A stretch of DNA of 33,749 bases from Dehalococcoidia bacterium. Lineage in GTDB: Bacteria > Chloroflexota > Dehalococcoidia > JACVQG01 > JAZFUS01. Positions within the stretch are counted from its first letter, which is position 1, and each line of letters opens with the position of its first letter. The translations under genes and the position numbers were made by a program. The notes under the pieces were generated by a model. It was not told where the DNA came from. It saw only the letters and a list, made by a program, of their open reading frames with translations, and ran no database searches. This document shows, in pieces, positions 31,505 to 33,749 of the stretch. The stretch is taken from the NCBI GenBank assembly GCA_036447315.1, contig JAZFUS010000348.1, positions 1 to 33,749 on the forward strand. Reading direction: 5' to 3'.

Positions 31505-32688
31505 GCCCCAGACGTCAGATAGACACCCGTCCTGCCTGCCTGGTGGGCCTGGGCCTGATCGCGGGCCTGCTGTTCGTGGCGTGGGCCCTGCAGGGGGAGA
31601 CCAGGGCCCAGCAGCCTGGCAGCCTGCTGGTCTGTGTCATGGAGAATTGGACAGACGAGGACGACCCCTGCCTGATCAATTACCTGGGCTGCGGGGCGTT
31701 CCTGATCACCGGGACCAACGCACCAGGGCGGGGCCAGATCATCTGGTGCGACCCCGGGGACGAGCTGAACGACACCATCGCGCCCACAGCGTCCACCCTG
31801 AAGGGGTCCATGCTCTACGCCATCGACATCGACACCAAGGCCAAGTTCGTGGCCCTGGTGACCGACTTCAACGGGACCAACGACGTCATGATGGGCGACG
31901 GGCGTGGGTTCACCTGGGAGGACTCCACGGACGTGGCCACCCAGACCAGCGACGAGGTGGGGAACACGTCCGGGACGGCCTTCCTGGTGTTCAACGACGA
32001 CCCCACGTTCACCGGCGAGACCCTGCACCTGGAGGGCATCGTGGTGGGGGACAACGGGGTGGTGGACCAGCTGGCCATGCGGGTGGACCTGGGCGGCGGG
32101 TTCGGGGACGACTGGTACGACGTCACCCAGTTCTACGACGCCAGCGCCGGGCAATACGTCATGTATGCAGCGGGGGCGGCCAACAACGGCCTGGCGGTCA
32201 GGACCAAGGGCGGCGGGCCCGGATCCGAGGGCCTGACCCAGCTACAGGTCAGAATGAACGGGATAGTGTTAGGGGACATCGCCAGGAACACCCCCACGAC
32301 CATGAACGGGGGCTTCATTTCGACCTACGAGGCCAATTTCCACGGCGGGTTCCGGAAGTCCGAGAAGGTGGGCATAGTCGCCAGCGTCACCCAGACCCGA
32401 GCGGCTGCCACCGAGTGCGTGGACGCCAACGGCAGCCCCATGAACATCTGCATTATCGCCACCAGCGCCAACGCCGGGGATGCCGTCAAGCTGCCCCCCA
32501 TGCAGGATGGACGGAATCAGTGCTGGTACAACGACGGGGCCCAGGCGGCCACCCTGTGGACCTTCGGGTCAGGGGAGGACCTGGGGAACGGCACGGGGAA
32601 CACCATGTCCATCGCGGTCGCCAGGCAGGTATGCTGTGAAACGGCGGCAAGTCCCCGCTGGTATTGTGTGACATCAACACCGGAGTGA
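31501..32688 (+). CDS. N-terminally anchored or secreted hypothetical protein (395 aa)
   Basis: ATG 31501 lies in an ATGA overlap. The N-terminal hydrophobic segment is ACLVGLGLIAGLLFVAWAL. The body is Gly/Asp/Thr-rich with scattered Cys. Confidence 0.8.
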   Translation: MSPRRQIDTRPACLVGLGLIAGLLFVAWALQGETRAQQPGSLLVCVMENWTDEDDPCLINYLGCGAFLITGTNAPGRGQIIWCDPGDELNDTIAPTASTLKGSMLYAIDIDTKAKFVALVTDFNGTNDVMMGDGRGFTWEDSTDVATQTSDEVGNTSGTAFLVFNDDPTFTGETLHLEGIVVGDNGVVDQLAMRVDLGGGFGDDWYDVTQFYDASAGQYVMYAAGAANNGLAVRTKGGGPGSEGLTQLQVRMNGIVLGDIARNTPTTMNGGFISTYEANFHGGFRKSEKVGIVASVTQTRAAATECVDANGSPMNICIIATSANAGDAVKLPPMQDGRNQCWYNDGAQAATLWTFGSGEDLGNGTGNTMSIAVARQVCCETAASPRWYCVTSTPE

Positions 32689-32691
32689 CCC

Positions 32692-33246
32692 ATGAAGCAT
32701 CAAAAGACCGTTCTGGCTGTCCTGGTGGCCCTGTGCGGCTGCGGGATCCTGACAGAGGCCCCAGAGGCTGCCGGGGGCGAGGTGATCGCAGGGCGCGTTC
32801 CAGTGGGCAGGGCGGCCAAGATCCTGGAGGTCCTGCAGGACACCCAGGACCATGGACTGACCCAGGAGAACGTCAGCCCGGCCCTACGGGGCCATATTCG
32901 GGACGCCCTGCTGTGGGCCCCGGCCCTGACCTTCGTGAACCCGGTCCAGGACCCTCCTGACCAGGCCCTGCGGGCGACCATGCAGAACCTGGGGGCACCA
33001 GCCATCTGCAGCGGAAAAAGCCCCCCAGAGGTCACCAGCTGCTTCATGCGGTGGAAGGACTCCGAGATCGGGCCAAACGCCTGCCAGGACCCCATCGAGG
33101 ACGGCTGCGGGCAGATCGCGGGGGATCTGTGTCGGACCTTCGGCCAAAACGGCCATCTGATGTTCCTGAAGGGGTCCAAAAGCGGGAATTCGTGTACAGC
33201 GGTCTGCTACGCCCCCAGGGTCCACCTGCGGATCAAGTGTCAGTGA
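32692..33246 (+). CDS. putative Cys-rich lipoprotein (184 aa)
   Basis: GGAG lies 6 nt before ATG 32692. MKHQKTVLAVLVALCGC resembles a signal peptide with a lipobox-like LCGC. The mature part contains many Cys. Confidence 0.75.
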   Translation: MKHQKTVLAVLVALCGCGILTEAPEAAGGEVIAGRVPVGRAAKILEVLQDTQDHGLTQENVSPALRGHIRDALLWAPALTFVNPVQDPPDQALRATMQNLGAPAICSGKSPPEVTSCFMRWKDSEIGPNACQDPIEDGCGQIAGDLCRTFGQNGHLMFLKGSKSGNSCTAVCYAPRVHLRIKCQ

Positions 33247-33734
33247 TCCACCCCCTGTATGGGGTCGAACCGTCCCCCACCGTCCGGTGGCCGGTCAGGA
33301 CGGGGGGTTCGACCGGCAGGGTGGGGTCCTTCGGACTCACAAGGGTCAATTCTGACGGGTCTCCCAGGGACCACCATGGGATCGACTGGCTGGCCCCCCT
33401 GGGGACGGTGGTCTATGCAGCCCACCACAGCAGGGTGGTCCTCTGCGGGGAGCAGGGGGGCGGCAGGGGCTATGGGCAGCGCCTGAAGCTGCTGACGCTA
33501 CCAGGAGAGGGGGAGCAGATCCTGACCCTGTACGCCCATTTGTGTGTGCAGTGGGTCACCATGGGGGAGGAGGTCAGGGAGGGCCATGCCCTGGGCCTGA
33601 TAGGCAGATCGGGCTACAACAACACCAAGGCCATCCCCACCCACATACACCACGAGGTTAGGATAGGGGGCCAGGGCAAGGACAGTGCAGTGGATCCGGT
33701 CTGGTACTACCACGAGGAGGGGGCTACAGCATGA
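33243..33734 (+). CDS. M23-family metallopeptidase (endolysin candidate)
   Basis: GTG 33243 lies in a GTGA overlap. It carries HxxxD (HHGIDW) and HxH (HIHHEV) motifs plus the GxxG..G.SG context (LIGRSGYNN). Confidence 0.85.
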   Translation: MIHPLYGVEPSPTVRWPVRTGGSTGRVGSFGLTRVNSDGSPRDHHGIDWLAPLGTVVYAAHHSRVVLCGEQGGGRGYGQRLKLLTLPGEGEQILTLYAHLCVQWVTMGEEVREGHALGLIGRSGYNNTKAIPTHIHHEVRIGGQGKDSAVDPVWYYHEEGATA

Positions 33735-33749
33735 TGGGCATGATCCTGG
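33731..33749 (+). CDS. start of next gene (partial, unknown)
   Basis: ATG 33731 lies in an ATGA overlap with the M23 stop. Only 6 codons (MMGMIL) are visible. Confidence 0.3.

Noticed and set aside
32692-33246. The lipoprotein and upstream anchored protein as an o-spanin/i-spanin pair.
   Set aside because: Their sizes (184 and 395 aa) far exceed typical spanins, they lie upstream of the endolysin, and neither shows the embedded or overlapping gene architecture. I keep them as an open question in the findings.

Overview
The window is a GC-rich segment of a tailed-phage or prophage genome (HK97-fold, siphovirus-like layout). Every gene I can support is on the + strand, and most are translationally coupled through ATGA, GTGA or TGATG overlaps.

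Gene order:
- 161-4095: early ORFan region.
- 4313-10200: regulation, recombination and replication. It holds a tandem-HTH protein, an ERF annealase, a PD-(D/E)XK nuclease, a replication-organizer-like protein and a RusA domain.
- 10200-14352: packaging. It holds an HNH endonuclease, a P27-family TerS, three inserted genes including a second HNH, and TerL.
- 14841-18509: head (HK97-type portal, prohead protease, major capsid).
- 18850-31504: neck and tail. It holds the tube protein, a G/GT chaperone pair with a CCCUUUU slip site, the tape measure, a distal tail protein, and a 1849-aa hub plus host-specificity fusion.
- 31501-33749: an anchored protein, a Cys-rich lipoprotein, an M23 endolysin and the start of one more gene.

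I found no tRNA, CRISPR array, integrase, reverse transcriptase or credible minus-strand gene.

The most unusual signal is a promoter-plus-leader module of about 100 nt present five times. Four copies form an array at 1175-3317 and one lies between TerL and portal at 14351-14446. Each copy drives a small, mostly acidic ORFan, and several cassettes are closed by GC-only hairpins. All five copies keep an upstream AUG in frame with their cargo ORF.

Other oddities:
- The RusA domain has no start codon of its own. It sits in one continuous ORF with a zinc ribbon, across a stretch where another frame looks like the coding one.
- TerS and TerL are split by three genes.
- Three paralogous CBM-like modules sit inside the giant tail protein, and a fourth is fused to a neck protein.
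- A CGCCACCCC motif occurs three times in the only sizeable non-coding gap.

All functional calls come from motif recognition by eye, with no database search. Start codons are often ambiguous.
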